Source: Clostridia bacterium
GTDB lineage: Bacteria; Bacillota; Clostridia; Oscillospirales; CAG-272
DNA: 64,000 nucleotides
Assembly (NCBI GenBank): GCA_017625935.1
Contig: JAGALA010000029.1
Span: 1,277 to 65,276 of the forward strand
Direction of reading: 5' to 3'
Position numbers and translations under genes: made by a program
Notes under the pieces: generated by a model
The model's input: only the letters and a program-made list of their open reading frames with translations
Told to the model about the DNA's origin: nothing
Databases searched by the model: none
Shown here: one piece after another, positions 8,352-20,700 of the stretch
How the letters are laid out: each line of letters begins with the position of its first letter
How positions within the stretch are numbered: position 1 is the first letter of the stretch

Positions 8352-9554
8352 TTACCTCCTTGATTTCGGGTCAAGTGCGTCACGCAAGCCGTCACCGACG
8401 AAGTTGAAGCCGAGCACCGCGATAACTATACAAAGTCCCGCAGGAACCCAGATAAGTGGATTTGCCATAGCAATTTCAAAGCCGTTTGCCTCCTCAAAGA
8501 GATTGAGGATTGTACCCCAAGCGGTGTTTGGCGCTTTAACGCCGAAGCCGAGGTATGAAAGCGTTGACTCATAAATGATCATTGAGCCAAGACCGAGCGT
8601 CATTTGAACTATAAGCTGTGGCATTACGTTTGGAATTAAGTGCTTAAAGATTTTTCTGAAGGTTGAATAACCCATTGCCTCTGCGGCAACCATATATTCC
8701 TGCTCACGGAGTGAGAGGATTTGTCCTCTTACAAGACGGGCAGTACCCGGCCATGAAATGCAGGAAATAAATATCATAAGGAAGTAAATTCTCGTTTCTC
8801 CCGTAATAAATGCATAGCCCTCGCTAATCCAACCGTTAAGCAATACGCCGACGATAAGAAGAATCGGAATACCCGGTAGGCACATAAGAATATCGCATAT
8901 TCTCATTATGATATTATCAATTACGCCGCCGAAATATCCTGCCAAGCCACCTGCAATAATACCGAGGACGGTGATAATTGCAACCGCGAGGAAGGAAACG
9001 ATAAGGGATACACGTCCACCGTACATAAGGCGTGAAAGCACGTCGTAGCCCGATTTATCGGTGCCGAGCGGGTGAGTGGCTGACGGCTTTGAAAGGGCAC
9101 TGTCCTTTTCGTGTCTGTGAAGGAGCTGCTGAATAACAATCTCCTCACCGTCAACGGTGATTGTATAGTCACTTGGTGTATATTCCCATTTACCGCTTTC
9201 GTCCTTTTCATCCTGCTGCCAGCCGCGTGATTTTAGGTTCTTGTACCATTCATCAAAGTTTTCAATTGAAACGTTTGACTTATATCCGCTGCCCAAAACG
9301 TCGGTTGCGGGCACGAACAAATGGTACACGTAAGGACCGATAAATGAGAACACGAAGAGTCCCACTACCATAATAAGTCCTATAACGCTGAGCTTTGAAC
9401 GGAAGAAACGGCGTACAACCATTCTTGTCGGTGACATAAGCTTGATGTTTTTATCAAGCGGCACCTCCTCAGCCACAGCGGCTGAGGAAATGTCATTGTT
9501 TTCGTTTAATTCTTCGTTTGAGGGAAGGATTTCATTTTTGATTTCTTCTGTCAT
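8352..9554 (-). CDS. oppC: Oligopeptide ABC permease (OppC-type) with a long extracytoplasmic loop
   Basis: BPD-transporter core: EAMGYSTFRKIFKHLIPNV. I chose the ATG at 9554 with an AAGGAGGA RBS; the ORF-track start at 9590 would overlap oppB. Confidence 0.85.
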   Translation of the reverse strand: MTEEIKNEILPSNEELNENNDISSAAVAEEVPLDKNIKLMSPTRMVVRRFFRSKLSVIGLIMVVGLFVFSFIGPYVYHLFVPATDVLGSGYKSNVSIENFDEWYKNLKSRGWQQDEKDESGKWEYTPSDYTITVDGEEIVIQQLLHRHEKDSALSKPSATHPLGTDKSGYDVLSRLMYGGRVSLIVSFLAVAIITVLGIIAGGLAGYFGGVIDNIIMRICDILMCLPGIPILLIVGVLLNGWISEGYAFITGETRIYFLMIFISCISWPGTARLVRGQILSLREQEYMVAAEAMGYSTFRKIFKHLIPNVMPQLIVQMTLGLGSMIIYESTLSYLGFGVKAPNTAWGTILNLFEEANGFEIAMANPLIWVPAGLCIVIAVLGFNFVGDGLRDALDPKSRR

Positions 9555-9564
9555 AATGTCCTCC

Positions 9565-10554
9565 TTACTCAAGCTTAACTCTCGGGTCAACTATTGCATA
9601 CATAATATCGGAGAGCAAAATTCCAAGGATTGAAAGAACCGCCAAGAACATATTGTAGCCCATAATGAACGGAATGTTACCTGTGTTTGTTAAGGTAAGT
9701 GCCGTTGTACCGATACCGTCAAGACCGAAGATTTTCTCTGTAATAATAGCACCCGAGAAAAGTGACGGAATAAGACCTGCAAGTGTTGTAACGAGTGGAA
9801 TCAGTGTGTTTCTGAATGCGTGCTTGTATATTACCTTACTTTCCTTAAGACCCTTTGCTCTGGCTGTACGAATATAGTCGGAGTTAAGAACCTCAAGCAT
9901 ATTAGTTCTGGTCATTCTCATTCTGCCGCCCAAGCTGAGTATCGTAATTGTAAATATCGGCAGTACGTAATACTTAAAGTTACTTAAAATACCGATAATA
10001 CCTGTCGTGCTCTGCGAGGCGTCCGTTGCGCCCGAGGTTGGGAACCAACCGAGCAGCTCCGCGAAAACTGCCTTGAAAACGTTGCCGAAGAAGAATGATG
10101 GAAGTGAGATACCAACCATAACGAGAACGGTGATAACATAGTCACGTACGGAATATTGATGAGTTGCCGCTGTAATTCCAAGCGGAATTGCAATCAAGAA
10201 CTCAAATATTGTAGCGACGAATGCAACAACGAATGAGGTTGGAAGTCCTTGTACGATAACCTGTGAAACAGGCTTTTCGTTACCGAAAAGACGGCCAAGG
10301 GTGATGTAACCGTTTTCAAACTCGAAAAGGTTACCAATCCATTTGAAATAGCCCTTTATAATTCCAAAGAAGCTATTATCCTGAAGACCGAGCTGCTCAC
10401 GGATTTTGTCAAGCGTTTCGGGCTCGGAGTTCATGCCTGCGTTTGAAGCAACGAAGTCAAGTGGCATTAGACGAACTAAAAAGTAAATGATAAGAGATAC
10501 AGCAACTAATATAAGTATGGAAAGTCCTACTCTTTTTAGTATATATTTAAACAT
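9565..10554 (-). CDS. oppB: Oligopeptide ABC permease (OppB-type)
   Basis: N-terminal MFKYILKRV..., with YIRTARAKGLKESKVIYKHAFRN in the EAA loop. Confidence 0.9.
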   Translation of the reverse strand: MFKYILKRVGLSILILVAVSLIIYFLVRLMPLDFVASNAGMNSEPETLDKIREQLGLQDNSFFGIIKGYFKWIGNLFEFENGYITLGRLFGNEKPVSQVIVQGLPTSFVVAFVATIFEFLIAIPLGITAATHQYSVRDYVITVLVMVGISLPSFFFGNVFKAVFAELLGWFPTSGATDASQSTTGIIGILSNFKYYVLPIFTITILSLGGRMRMTRTNMLEVLNSDYIRTARAKGLKESKVIYKHAFRNTLIPLVTTLAGLIPSLFSGAIITEKIFGLDGIGTTALTLTNTGNIPFIMGYNMFLAVLSILGILLSDIMYAIVDPRVKLE

Positions 10555-10568
10555 TGTATCACTCCAAA

Positions 10569-13232
10569 TTAGTCTTTGAATTCAACTTCCCAAATTCTGT
10601 CAAGCGGTGAGGAGTATGGGTTAGAATCCTGTGGTAATGAGCTTTCGTCTATGATGTTTGAATTGTATGCGTAAACTACGCTTCTCTGGTAAACAGGAAG
10701 CTCAATTGCAAGGTCAAGGAGGTAGCCCATTGCTTCCTTATAGATAGCTGCGCGCTCCTCTTGGTCAAGAGTTTCTCTTGCCTCGTCAATCTTTTCGCTG
10801 AGTGCGTTCAAGATTGCCTTTTCAGTTGTCGAGCCGTTTGTCTTTAAGTGTGAGTAGCCCCAAGCTCTTGTACTTGATGCAGTTGAGTTCTTGTGGTAAA
10901 CCTGATACATATCAGGGTCAAGTGTTGAGCCCCAAGCCGCTGCCCATACTGCAAGGCCGCCTGTTGAGAGCTTTGTAAGTGCTGTTGCATCAGGAACGAC
11001 CGTTACGCTCCAGCCCATATCGTTAAGAAGCTTAGCTGCGTCAATAAAGGTTTGGAAGGTTGGGTGGTCTGTTGATGCGCCTGCAATTGTAAATTCAATC
11101 TTAAGGCGTGAGTCGCCTGCTGATGCGCCTGCCTGCTGCATAAGGTCTGCAATCTTTGTTCTTGCAGCGTCCTCACCGTCGTAAATGCCGTTGCCGTCAA
11201 GGTCAACTGTCCAGTTACCAACGTATGGGTAGTCCTTACCGTTGTCGTTGTCGAGTGAGCCATCCTCATTCTTCGGATATGCCCAGCTTACTGTTGACAT
11301 AGGCCAGAAGATTTGGCTTGCTGTACCGGGACGGTAGTAGTTAAGTGATGTTGCTGTATTCATAGCACACATAATAGCTTGACGGATTTCTATGTCTTGA
11401 ATCTTTGATGCGTTGATACCAACGTAACCGTAGCCGAGCTGATCCTCAAGAATGTACTCGTAGCCGCCGTTACCCTTCAAGCCCTCGAGCTTGTCGTAGT
11501 TTTCCTGTGTAAGCTGTGGTGAAATGTAGTGAACTGAGCCGCTTTCAAGAAGTGAAATAGCGTCAGCTGCAGGGAGCGCTTGATAACGAACCTTTTCGAT
11601 CTTTGCGTTTTCAATTTGCGCGCCTACTGTTTCAAAATAGTCGTTTCTCTTGAAGTAAACAACGTTGTTTGCAAGGAATTCCGCACCTGCGGGGTTGTCA
11701 CCGTTTGAACGGTTTGTTGCCTTATATGCGCCTGCGCCAACAGGAACGTTTGTCTTTGTTGACTTTTGAATTACAGTTTGCATAAAGCTAAACTTACCGT
11801 AGTCAACACCGAACTTGTGGTTTTCAATGTCAACTGCGTATGCGGAGTCACCGTAGTAGTGCTGTGGAGCAACTGCGAATGAGAAGTTCCATTGAGCCTT
11901 AGGGTCTTGTCCGTCGATTGTGATTTGGAGCACGTCGTATTCATCTGCGTTTACAGGTGTACCGTCTGAGTTATGCTCCTGTGCGATTTTATATGTAGTA
12001 CCGTTAACGGTAATTTCTGTCATTTCTGTGTTGTGGCCAAGTGATACGATACCCTCGATGTGGTCGTAAACAAGTGTGCCGTCTGCGTTCTTCTTTTCGT
12101 CAAGAATAACGCCCTTTGCCTCAGCTGTGTATTCTGTCATAAGCTGAGCAGCTGTTGCCCAAGCTGAAAGAATGATGTGAAGCTCTGTATTGATTTTTGA
12201 GCTGTAAACGTAGTCGATTGCTGCTTCCTTTGAGTTAACAACGTCTTGGTTGTATTGTGGAGTTGCAGAAACAATTACGCTCTTGTCGTCTGTTTGCTTG
12301 CCGTTTACAATCTTTTTGCCCCATTCAATTTTAACGAAGCCCTCGTGATACATAAAGCGAGCGATATCGTCAGCCTCTGTTGACTTGTCATCCTTAAAGA
12401 GCGGGTATGACTTATATGGCTCTGTGTCTGAATATGCGCTTTGAGCCGCAACGTAGTCGTCGCCAAGCTCCTCCTTGAAGAGCTTAAGAGCGTACTCGTA
12501 GTCCTTAAGAAGCTGGTCGTTTGTTCCCATATTTGAAGGAACAGAGGAAAGATATCCGCTTGAAAGCTTCTTCGCAAGGATAGCTTCTCTCATTTCCTCA
12601 TAGGTTGTTTCGTATTGACCTGCGTTTGCGGTCTTACCGATTGAGGTAAAGAGGTTGATAAGCTCATTGATACGGGCTTGAGCGCGCACGCCTGCTTGCT
12701 CTGTGATGATTTCATCCTGGCTTGCGTTGCCCGAGGTCTTTTGCTGAGTCTTGTACTCCTCAAGACCCTTAATCTTTGTTGAGTAGATTGTTGCTGAGCC
12801 TGTGTATGCAGGGTCAAGATATACGTAGAGGTTGAAAAGAACGTCCTCCATTGTAAGTGGGTGACCGTCGGAATACTTAATTCCGTTTTTAAGAACGAAG
12901 GTATATACTGTTTCGTCCTTTACTGCGTCGTACTCTGAAATTTCAAAGTCCTTTGTTACTGTTGCTTGGTCCTCACCGTAAGCAACCTTTACAACACCGT
13001 CAACATACTTTGATGAAAGCATACCGATCTGTGTCATAGAAACTATTGTGCTGTCCGCACCTGTGGTTGAGAAGAACGGGTTAAAGTTACCGTCGAAGTC
13101 CTCAGACATAATTACGAAGGCGTCGGGCTTTTCTGTATTGCCGCCGTTATCGCCGCCGCAGCTTGAGAACAACACAACTGTGCCGAGGCACATTGCCACA
13201 CAAAGCATAAGTGCCAAAATTCTCTTTTTCAT
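10569..13232 (-). CDS. Family-5 (peptide/nickel type) solute-binding lipoprotein, unusually large at 887 aa
   Basis: Lipobox LFSSC. YSDGHPLTMEDVLFN, typical of SBP_bac_5, is present. It lies immediately upstream of oppB. Confidence 0.85.
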   Translation of the reverse strand: MKKRILALMLCVAMCLGTVVLFSSCGGDNGGNTEKPDAFVIMSEDFDGNFNPFFSTTGADSTIVSMTQIGMLSSKYVDGVVKVAYGEDQATVTKDFEISEYDAVKDETVYTFVLKNGIKYSDGHPLTMEDVLFNLYVYLDPAYTGSATIYSTKIKGLEEYKTQQKTSGNASQDEIITEQAGVRAQARINELINLFTSIGKTANAGQYETTYEEMREAILAKKLSSGYLSSVPSNMGTNDQLLKDYEYALKLFKEELGDDYVAAQSAYSDTEPYKSYPLFKDDKSTEADDIARFMYHEGFVKIEWGKKIVNGKQTDDKSVIVSATPQYNQDVVNSKEAAIDYVYSSKINTELHIILSAWATAAQLMTEYTAEAKGVILDEKKNADGTLVYDHIEGIVSLGHNTEMTEITVNGTTYKIAQEHNSDGTPVNADEYDVLQITIDGQDPKAQWNFSFAVAPQHYYGDSAYAVDIENHKFGVDYGKFSFMQTVIQKSTKTNVPVGAGAYKATNRSNGDNPAGAEFLANNVVYFKRNDYFETVGAQIENAKIEKVRYQALPAADAISLLESGSVHYISPQLTQENYDKLEGLKGNGGYEYILEDQLGYGYVGINASKIQDIEIRQAIMCAMNTATSLNYYRPGTASQIFWPMSTVSWAYPKNEDGSLDNDNGKDYPYVGNWTVDLDGNGIYDGEDAARTKIADLMQQAGASAGDSRLKIEFTIAGASTDHPTFQTFIDAAKLLNDMGWSVTVVPDATALTKLSTGGLAVWAAAWGSTLDPDMYQVYHKNSTASSTRAWGYSHLKTNGSTTEKAILNALSEKIDEARETLDQEERAAIYKEAMGYLLDLAIELPVYQRSVVYAYNSNIIDESSLPQDSNPYSSPLDRIWEVEFKD

Positions 13233-13275
13233 TTTGTTTTCTCCTTTTTATATGTATGAAATTTTAATAAGCTAT

Positions 13276-14712
13276 TTATTCCTGTGCCTTTGGTGGAAAT
13301 TCGAGCTTTAAGCTGTTGCCGTTTTGTGTAATTACAAGCGTGGTTAAGTCAGCTGCTCCTTCTACAACCTCGGCGCTGAAGCCATCAAGCGAAATACCGA
13401 GATTATCCGAGTAGCCCTCTGCACATACAAAGCCAACCTCGTATTCAGGCGAGTGCTGAATTGCAGATGATGCAGAGATTTTTAATACTGCATTCTTAAA
13501 TTCCACGTTTTCAAAGCTGAAGCCGTCCTCAATTGTCGAAGCTACAATTGCATATCTTGCACCCGGTGTTCTGTCCGCCCTGTCAATCAAGGCATTAACT
13601 CCGTCAAATACCACGTTTTTGATAGATGCGCTTGACGAAATGGACTTAAACATACCAAAATGCTTTGACGCGGTGCTTTCAATATTCACGCCCGAAATCT
13701 TATGTCCGTTGCCTGAAATTGAGCCGCTGAAATCATTGTTTCTGAATGCGTTTGGCCACGGAGTAAGAGCGGTAAACTCAATGTCCGCCATAATTTCGTA
13801 GTTGCCGCTTGGCTTTGCGTTGTTTGCAAGCTGAGCTGCTGAATAAATTCTGTAGCAGTCGCCCTTTTGCTCATCGTAATTAACGTAGAGCTTCAAAACA
13901 TTGTTGCTGATAGCTGCCGTTTCCGCATCAAAAATGAATGGGTGGGTGTAACTCTCAGGCATTTTTTCGCTCATATTCTTGTCAAGATACAAGCCGTCAA
14001 AGAAGTATGTATATACCTCACCGCCGTTATCGCTAACGTATCTCTCCTGCCACGAATATGCGTTTTTAAGTGTACCGAAATTGTATTCGCCCTTCTTTAA
14101 ATCAAGATACGGTGCGGTAATCACGCTGTTCTTGCCGAGAGTTGGGTTCTTAATTTCGTACGTACCGAGAAGCTTTTCGTTCTCGTCGTAGATTTCAACA
14201 GACGGGTTCTTCACCCAACCTGCATAAAGTGTAATTACAGGCTCGGACGCTGTGTAGTCCTTATTTGGGTCAATTTCAAGCTTCTTTGAAAAATCCCATT
14301 TGCCGCTGTACTTATAAATTACGTTGTTCTTGTCGTCCTTTACCACGTTGTTGTTTTCATCAACAACTGCTTCTCTGCTTGTGTACCATCCAACGAAGGA
14401 GTATCCCGGAACGGCTGTACGCTCAATCATATGAACGTTACCGTCGCCGCGCACGGATGATTCCGGGTCAACAAGCAAAATTTCCTTGTTTCCGCTTGCA
14501 TTGGTCTTTAAGCCACTAATGTTATACGAGTCTGAAAGGAAAAGCTGGCCTGCGCTCTTAAAATAGCTTCCGTTAGCATCGTATTTTACAGTAACGTTAT
14601 ATCCGTCCTTATCATACTGATCATAGTTTGAATTAGATGAACAAGCCGCCACTGTCAGGCACAAAAGAAGGAGCATACAAGTGATAATTAAAAATTTAAT
14701 TTTCTTGTTCAT
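13276..14712 (-). CDS. Lipoprotein with an InlB-B/Listeria-Bacteroides-type repeat and a GLUG-like segment
   Basis: Lipobox TVAAC. PGYSFVGWYT is a repeat hallmark. FSGSISGNGHKISGVNIES...HFGMFKSI...IKNVVF resembles the GLUG motif. Confidence 0.65.
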   Translation of the reverse strand: MNKKIKFLIITCMLLLLCLTVAACSSNSNYDQYDKDGYNVTVKYDANGSYFKSAGQLFLSDSYNISGLKTNASGNKEILLVDPESSVRGDGNVHMIERTAVPGYSFVGWYTSREAVVDENNNVVKDDKNNVIYKYSGKWDFSKKLEIDPNKDYTASEPVITLYAGWVKNPSVEIYDENEKLLGTYEIKNPTLGKNSVITAPYLDLKKGEYNFGTLKNAYSWQERYVSDNGGEVYTYFFDGLYLDKNMSEKMPESYTHPFIFDAETAAISNNVLKLYVNYDEQKGDCYRIYSAAQLANNAKPSGNYEIMADIEFTALTPWPNAFRNNDFSGSISGNGHKISGVNIESTASKHFGMFKSISSSASIKNVVFDGVNALIDRADRTPGARYAIVASTIEDGFSFENVEFKNAVLKISASSAIQHSPEYEVGFVCAEGYSDNLGISLDGFSAEVVEGAADLTTLVITQNGNSLKLEFPPKAQE

Positions 14713-14782
14713 TATTTCCTCTTTATCTTAGCCACGCCAAGCGCCGCTTGGGCGCTTTGACGTTAGCATTTAATTACTATCC

Positions 14783-17700
14783 TTATTTATTTTCCTCGGT
14801 GTCGGTGATTGCGTCCTCATTCTCGCTGATTTCCGCTTCCGCCTTGGTTGGTTCAGCTTCCTCTGCTTTTTCCTCACAGATTGGCTCGGATGCAGAAGCC
14901 AAAGATGCATTACGCATTGAGAAGATCTTAACAAGCAAAACAGCAACGCCTGCAACTGCCACGCAAGCAACCGCTAAGTTGAGAACGGTTGTTATTGCAA
15001 GTGCAACAATGGCAATTACGTATCCCGTGTTTGACTTGTCCTTCACGTCTGTGTCGCCGCCCTGAACGTTATCGTCCGGCTCGTTTGGTGTATCCGGAGT
15101 CATATTCTGGCTCTTGAGTGCCAAAATTCTGTTCTCTGCTGAAACGAGTGAGGAATAGTTATCAACAAGTGCCTGCTGTTCCTTTGTCGCAATTCTGTTA
15201 TATGCTTCTCTTGCGGCAATAACGAGTGATTCGTGGCTGAGCTGAACCTTTTCAGGCAGACTGTTAATCGCCTCGATTGCTTCAAGAGTGATATCGTCCA
15301 TTGCAACCGCACCGTCGATAATCATTGTGAAATATTGTGAATAAATAAAGGTTTCGTAATACTGACCGTTTGAAGGTCTAACCATAATAAGCTCGGGGTT
15401 GCCGTGGCCTATACGGTTTACAAAGTTTGCGCCGTAGTAAACGTTTGAATACTTACCGTCGGAAACGTTCCACATATAGAACGGAACAATTCCAAGACCT
15501 GTGTGAGTAATTACGTTACCCTCATAGTCTGTAAAGTCGTATTCGCCCGTTGCGGGAAGGTTTTCAAATGACTCGTAGTAGGTCGTATCGAATTCTTCCT
15601 CTAATATTGGTGCCTCATAGCTCTTGAATACAACTGTCACGAGCTTGTCGCAATCGTAGAACGCCTTATGACCTATTGCATCGAGTGAGTGTGGAAGAGT
15701 TACTCTAACCACGTCGCTGCCTGCAAATGCCATAGCGGTAATTCTGACTGTACCCTCGGCAACAGTTGCCATTTTTGCACCCATATCACAGTAGGTTATA
15801 AGCTCGTAGCCGCTTGGAACTACTGCGTAGAGTGAACCGTCAATTACTTTAACTGTGTCGCTGATATCGTATGTATAAACCGTTTCTACGTATGAAACGC
15901 CGTTGAACTCCTCTGTTACCTCGCTTGAGAAAGGAGCAATCTTACACATTGCAAATGGGTTGTCACCAAGCACTGAAATGCTCTCGCCGAGTGTAAGCTC
16001 AAAGTCGGTAACGTTTTCCTTCATAAAGGCAAAGTCGCCGATTTCTATTGCACCCGAAAGGTCTGCCTTGTTTATACCTGTGTATGCAAATGCGTATGCA
16101 TCAATCTTTTCCGTTACGTCAAGATTTACTACCTTGCCAAGTCCCTCACAGTAAGCAAATGCGCCCTCTCCAATGTCGGTGCCCTCAGAATTCAAGGTAA
16201 CAAGGATAAGGTTGTAGTTGTTTACAAATGCGTAGCTGTCAATGTAGATTGCATCGCTTAAGTCTACTGTCACAAGTGCTGCCTCAGCAAACGCTTGAGC
16301 GCCGATAACCTCAACGTTTTCAAGGTTGATGAATGTGAGCTTCTTACAGCCCTCAAATGCACGCTCGGAGATTTCCTTCAAGGACTCACCGAGAGTAACC
16401 GTGCCAAGCTCGAAGCAGTTGATAAATGCTTCCTTGCCGAGATATTCAAGGGATGAGAGGTCAATTTTCTCAATTTTCGGTGTGTAGTAACGGTAAACGT
16501 AGTAGTTGTCCTCAACAAGAGGTGAGTTTCCGTTTGCGTCTGTATAAGTGTAAAGGATATCGCCGCCGAATGCGCTATCACCGATTGAAATAACGCCGGA
16601 GAGGTCAATTTCCTTCAAGCTGCAAGCGCTGAAGAATGCTTGAGCGCCGAGCTTTATGTTTTTGCCCATTGTAACCTTTTCAAGTGCAGCCGCACCCATA
16701 AATGCGCTGTCGCCAACCGTTACACCGTCGCCGATTGTAAGCTCGGTCAAGCTTGAGAGGTACTTGTAATAATATACCTTTTTGTCGGTAACCGTTTCGT
16801 CACGAACAAGCTCGCTGTTTTCGTTTCTTGAGAGCATAAATGCGCCCATACCGAGCTCTACGTTTTCACCTATCACTACCTCCTCGAGGTACTTACACTC
16901 GCAGAATGCACCCTCGCCGACCTTCATGCCCGCAGGAATTTCCACGGAAACAAGGTCAGTGTATGCAAACGCGTATGCGCCGATTTCTTTTATATTATTT
17001 AATGTAGGCAATTCGTTTATTGACGTCTTGAAGAATGCGTACTTGCCGATTTTTTCAAGAGTGCCGAGGTTTATCTTATCAAGCCTTGTGCAGTTTTCAA
17101 ACGCGTTATCCTCAACTACCGTTACGCTTGGAATGTTAACCTCTGTAATTTCCGTGCTGTATGCAAATGCACCGATGCCTATCGTCTTTACGTTTGCATC
17201 GTTCAAGGTGAAGGAGCCCTTCACGGTTGGAGCAACCATAATAAGAGTTTTGCCGTCGCTTGAAAGAATGTAGTCGCCGTCCTTTGAAAGCTTATATGAT
17301 GTATTTTCACTGTCAAGCTTGAACTGTGAAATCTTTGTTCTTGCAAATGCAACTGCGCCTATCGCGTTTACGTCCTTACCGATTGTTACGTCAGTCAGGT
17401 TGGAGCAGCCGTAGAATGCGCCCTCGGGGATAACGTCCGCGTTCATTGAAATTGATTCAAGCGCGCGACAGCCCGAGAATACGTACGGGCCGTACTTAAC
17501 CTTCTCTGCCTTTACGGTTACTTCCTTAAGCTCGGTATTACCCGAGAATGCGTAAGCACCGATTGACTGAAGCTTTTCGGGAAGAATAACGCCCTCAAGA
17601 TTGCATTTTCTTGTGTCAGGGGTGCCGTCGCCGTTTGAGTCAACCAGCTGACCGTTGTTTGCAAATGCGTAGTCACCTATCGCGCAAGCGTTATCAAGCG

Positions 17701-20700
17701 AGATTGTACCCTTAAGGTTACAGCCGTGGAATGCTTCCTTATTGATGAGCTGAACATATTCAAGTCCCTCTACCCTTGAAAGACGTGAGCAGCCGTAGAA
17801 CGCGCCGTACTCAATTGCCTCAAGTGTTGATGGAAGAACTACTGTTTCAAGAGCGGTAAGGTTTGCAAATGCGTATGCATTAATCTTCTTTACGCCCTCG
17901 GGGATTACTACCTTTGTGATTGCGTTGTCACCTATGTACCAGAGCTTTGAGGTGCTTGGGTCATCAGGGTCAAGCTCCCACGGCTCCTTTGGAATATATT
18001 CACTGTTTGAGAATGCGAACTGAGCAATTTCAACGAGCAAAAGCTCCTCGGGAATTTCTACAACGCCGCCCTTACCGTAATAGTGTGTAAGGTTTGGTGA
18101 CTGTGTAACGAATGGGTCCTTAACCTCAATTGAAACGGTTTGTGAGTAATATGTGCTCTTTCCGTCGAGCAACACTCTTACCGTAACTGAGGAATAGCCC
18201 TCTGCCTCTGCAACGATGACGCCGTTTTGGTCAATCTTTACAATGCTGTCGTCACTTGATTCAAATTCTACCGTTGTACCGTCGAAGTAAGCATCGAGCT
18301 TATATTTAAGCTGAACAGATTCCGATGGGTACATTGATAAGAAGTAGTTGCCGTTTGCAAATACGCGGCGGTCGCCATCGGCACCGATGTCGCGCTCGGA
18401 GCTATCTACCATATAGTAAGCTCTTATAGTATCGTAGCCTGTCAGAACGAAGCTGTCAACAACAGGCTTATCGAAGTACTGGAAGCCCTCATCATTCTCT
18501 GAAAGAACCGTAACGGCAAATGAGGTTTGCTTGCCTGTTTCGGGGTCCTGCGCCCAGATAAGTGCCTTACCCGGAGCTACTGCAACGAGCTTGTTGTTTA
18601 CAACTCTTACAACCTTTTGGTTGGTTGAGAAGTATGTAAGGAGCTCACCCCACTCGGTGCCCGGACGAACAAGCGGCTTGATGTTATAAAGCTCGTTAGG
18701 GCTGAGGGTAACGCTTGTTTCCTCGAAGTAGAAGTCCTTATACTGGTCCGGTAAATCAACCTCATAGGTTGCGTCGTTAAGCGCGTAGTCATACGTTGCA
18801 ACAACTATTGAGTTTGGATTTGCCGCATTGTTTTTAATTTCGTAAACGTAGTCGGTAAGCTCATATTCGATATATGAAATGCCGTTTCTAACCGAGTAGA
18901 TAGGTGTCATATATTGGTTGAACGCAACGAACTCGTAGCTTGCTTTGTCAACGTAGCCGAGCTGAGCCGCCATTGAGTAGTGGTTATCGTAAATCGCCAT
19001 TCTGATGTAGAGGCGGTCGCGCTCAAGCTCCTTGTCGTACTCTGTGTAGTACTCACACTCGGTCAAGGTCGGTGCCTCAAAGTCTGTAACGAATGGGAAT
19101 TCAAAGGTGTTATTCAGGTTATCCTCGATGCCGTCGTTTTCGTAGTCAAGGTAACCAACGCATTTTACGTAGTATTCTGTGTTGTTTTTGAGGTTATGCT
19201 CGTTTACATCGAACTCAACGTCAACGTTTGCGGGATAGAGGTACGAGCCGCCGTCACCGTAGGACTTACGAACGAGCTTTTCTGTCGTTTCGTAAACAAC
19301 CTCGCCTGTTGTTGAATCGGTAATTGTAACCTTTATTTCGCTCGCGTTACGGAGCATACCCATCCAGATAAATCTGATTGAGTGAATTGTGCCGTCCATA
19401 TTGGAAAGGGCAATATAATCGCGGCTTGCCGCAATAATTCTGTCTCTTGGATTTTGAACGAAGTAGTATGAGCCGAGATAGCTAACATAGTCCTCCTCAA
19501 TTCCGCCGATAGGACGTGATGCATATGCATCGGGAAGTGTTTTGTCAAGTGTTGGGATTGTATCGTCAAGCTCGTCACGGTTTGTTTCGAAATAGTCCAT
19601 ATCGAAGAGTGGAGCTTGTGCCCAGTTGCCGTAGAATGCAAGGTAAGGAACGCTTAAATCAACTGCGTTGCCTGTTGTGTCAAGAAGTGTAACAAAGCCC
19701 TCGATGTACATACCGTTTTCAAAGGACTTGTCAAGATATGCTTTGTTCTCGTCGGTAAGCTTGATTGTAACTGTAACCTTAGCGGTTGAATTCGGGTCAA
19801 CCTTAACCTCGTCGCCAACCTTTTTGCCGCCGCCCGAAACTGTAAATTCAACGGTTGCACCCTCGAGAAGGTAGCCCTCCTCGGTAACCGTTGTTTCACC
19901 CTGGTGGGTCAAAACGTCGCTCACGCCCTCGGTCATAACCGATGCGTCAAGGATGTATGAAAGTGAGCTGTCACCGAAGTTTACAACGTCGAAGCTTAAA
20001 GTATATACGCCTGTTTTCTTTGCATCGTCGCCGAGCTCAAGCTTGGTTTTATCCATAACCGAGCCGTCCTTGTTGTAGGTGCGGATGTATGCTTCTGTTT
20101 CTGACGCTGCGATAAGGTTTGCAAGACCTGCGCCCTGCTTTCTAACCGCATACGGTAAGCCGTTTTTGTTGTAAATGATATCGGCGGTTGACATCATAAG
20201 GCGGTTAACCATTGCGTTAACGTTTACCGAACGCTTATATTCGTTTGTTTCGCCGTCGCCGATAATTCTATCGTAGTTAACCTCTACGTATTGACGAAGA
20301 AGGATTGTAAAGCCCGCAAGGTTCGGACAAGCCATTGAGGTGCCCGAAAGACGGTCATAACCGCCGCCCGTTACGGATGAGAGAATGTTGCCGCCGTGAG
20401 CGGTAATCTCGGGCTTAATGCCGAGTGTCGGTGAGGGTCCCCACGAGGAGAAGTCGGACATAAACGGTCCTGACTTTTGTGCACGGCTGATTTTTATCGT
20501 GCCCTTGCCTGCCGCCGCAAGCTCCTTACCGTCGTTTTGTGAGATTGAGCAAACCGCAACGGTTGTAAGACCAACGTTCATTTTGATATCACCCGATACG
20601 TTATTAAAGATGATGATACCTGCCGCGCCCTTCTTTTGCGCTACGTTTGCTTTTTCCTCAAAGGTGTTTGAGCCACGCTCAACGAGAACAATTTTACCTG

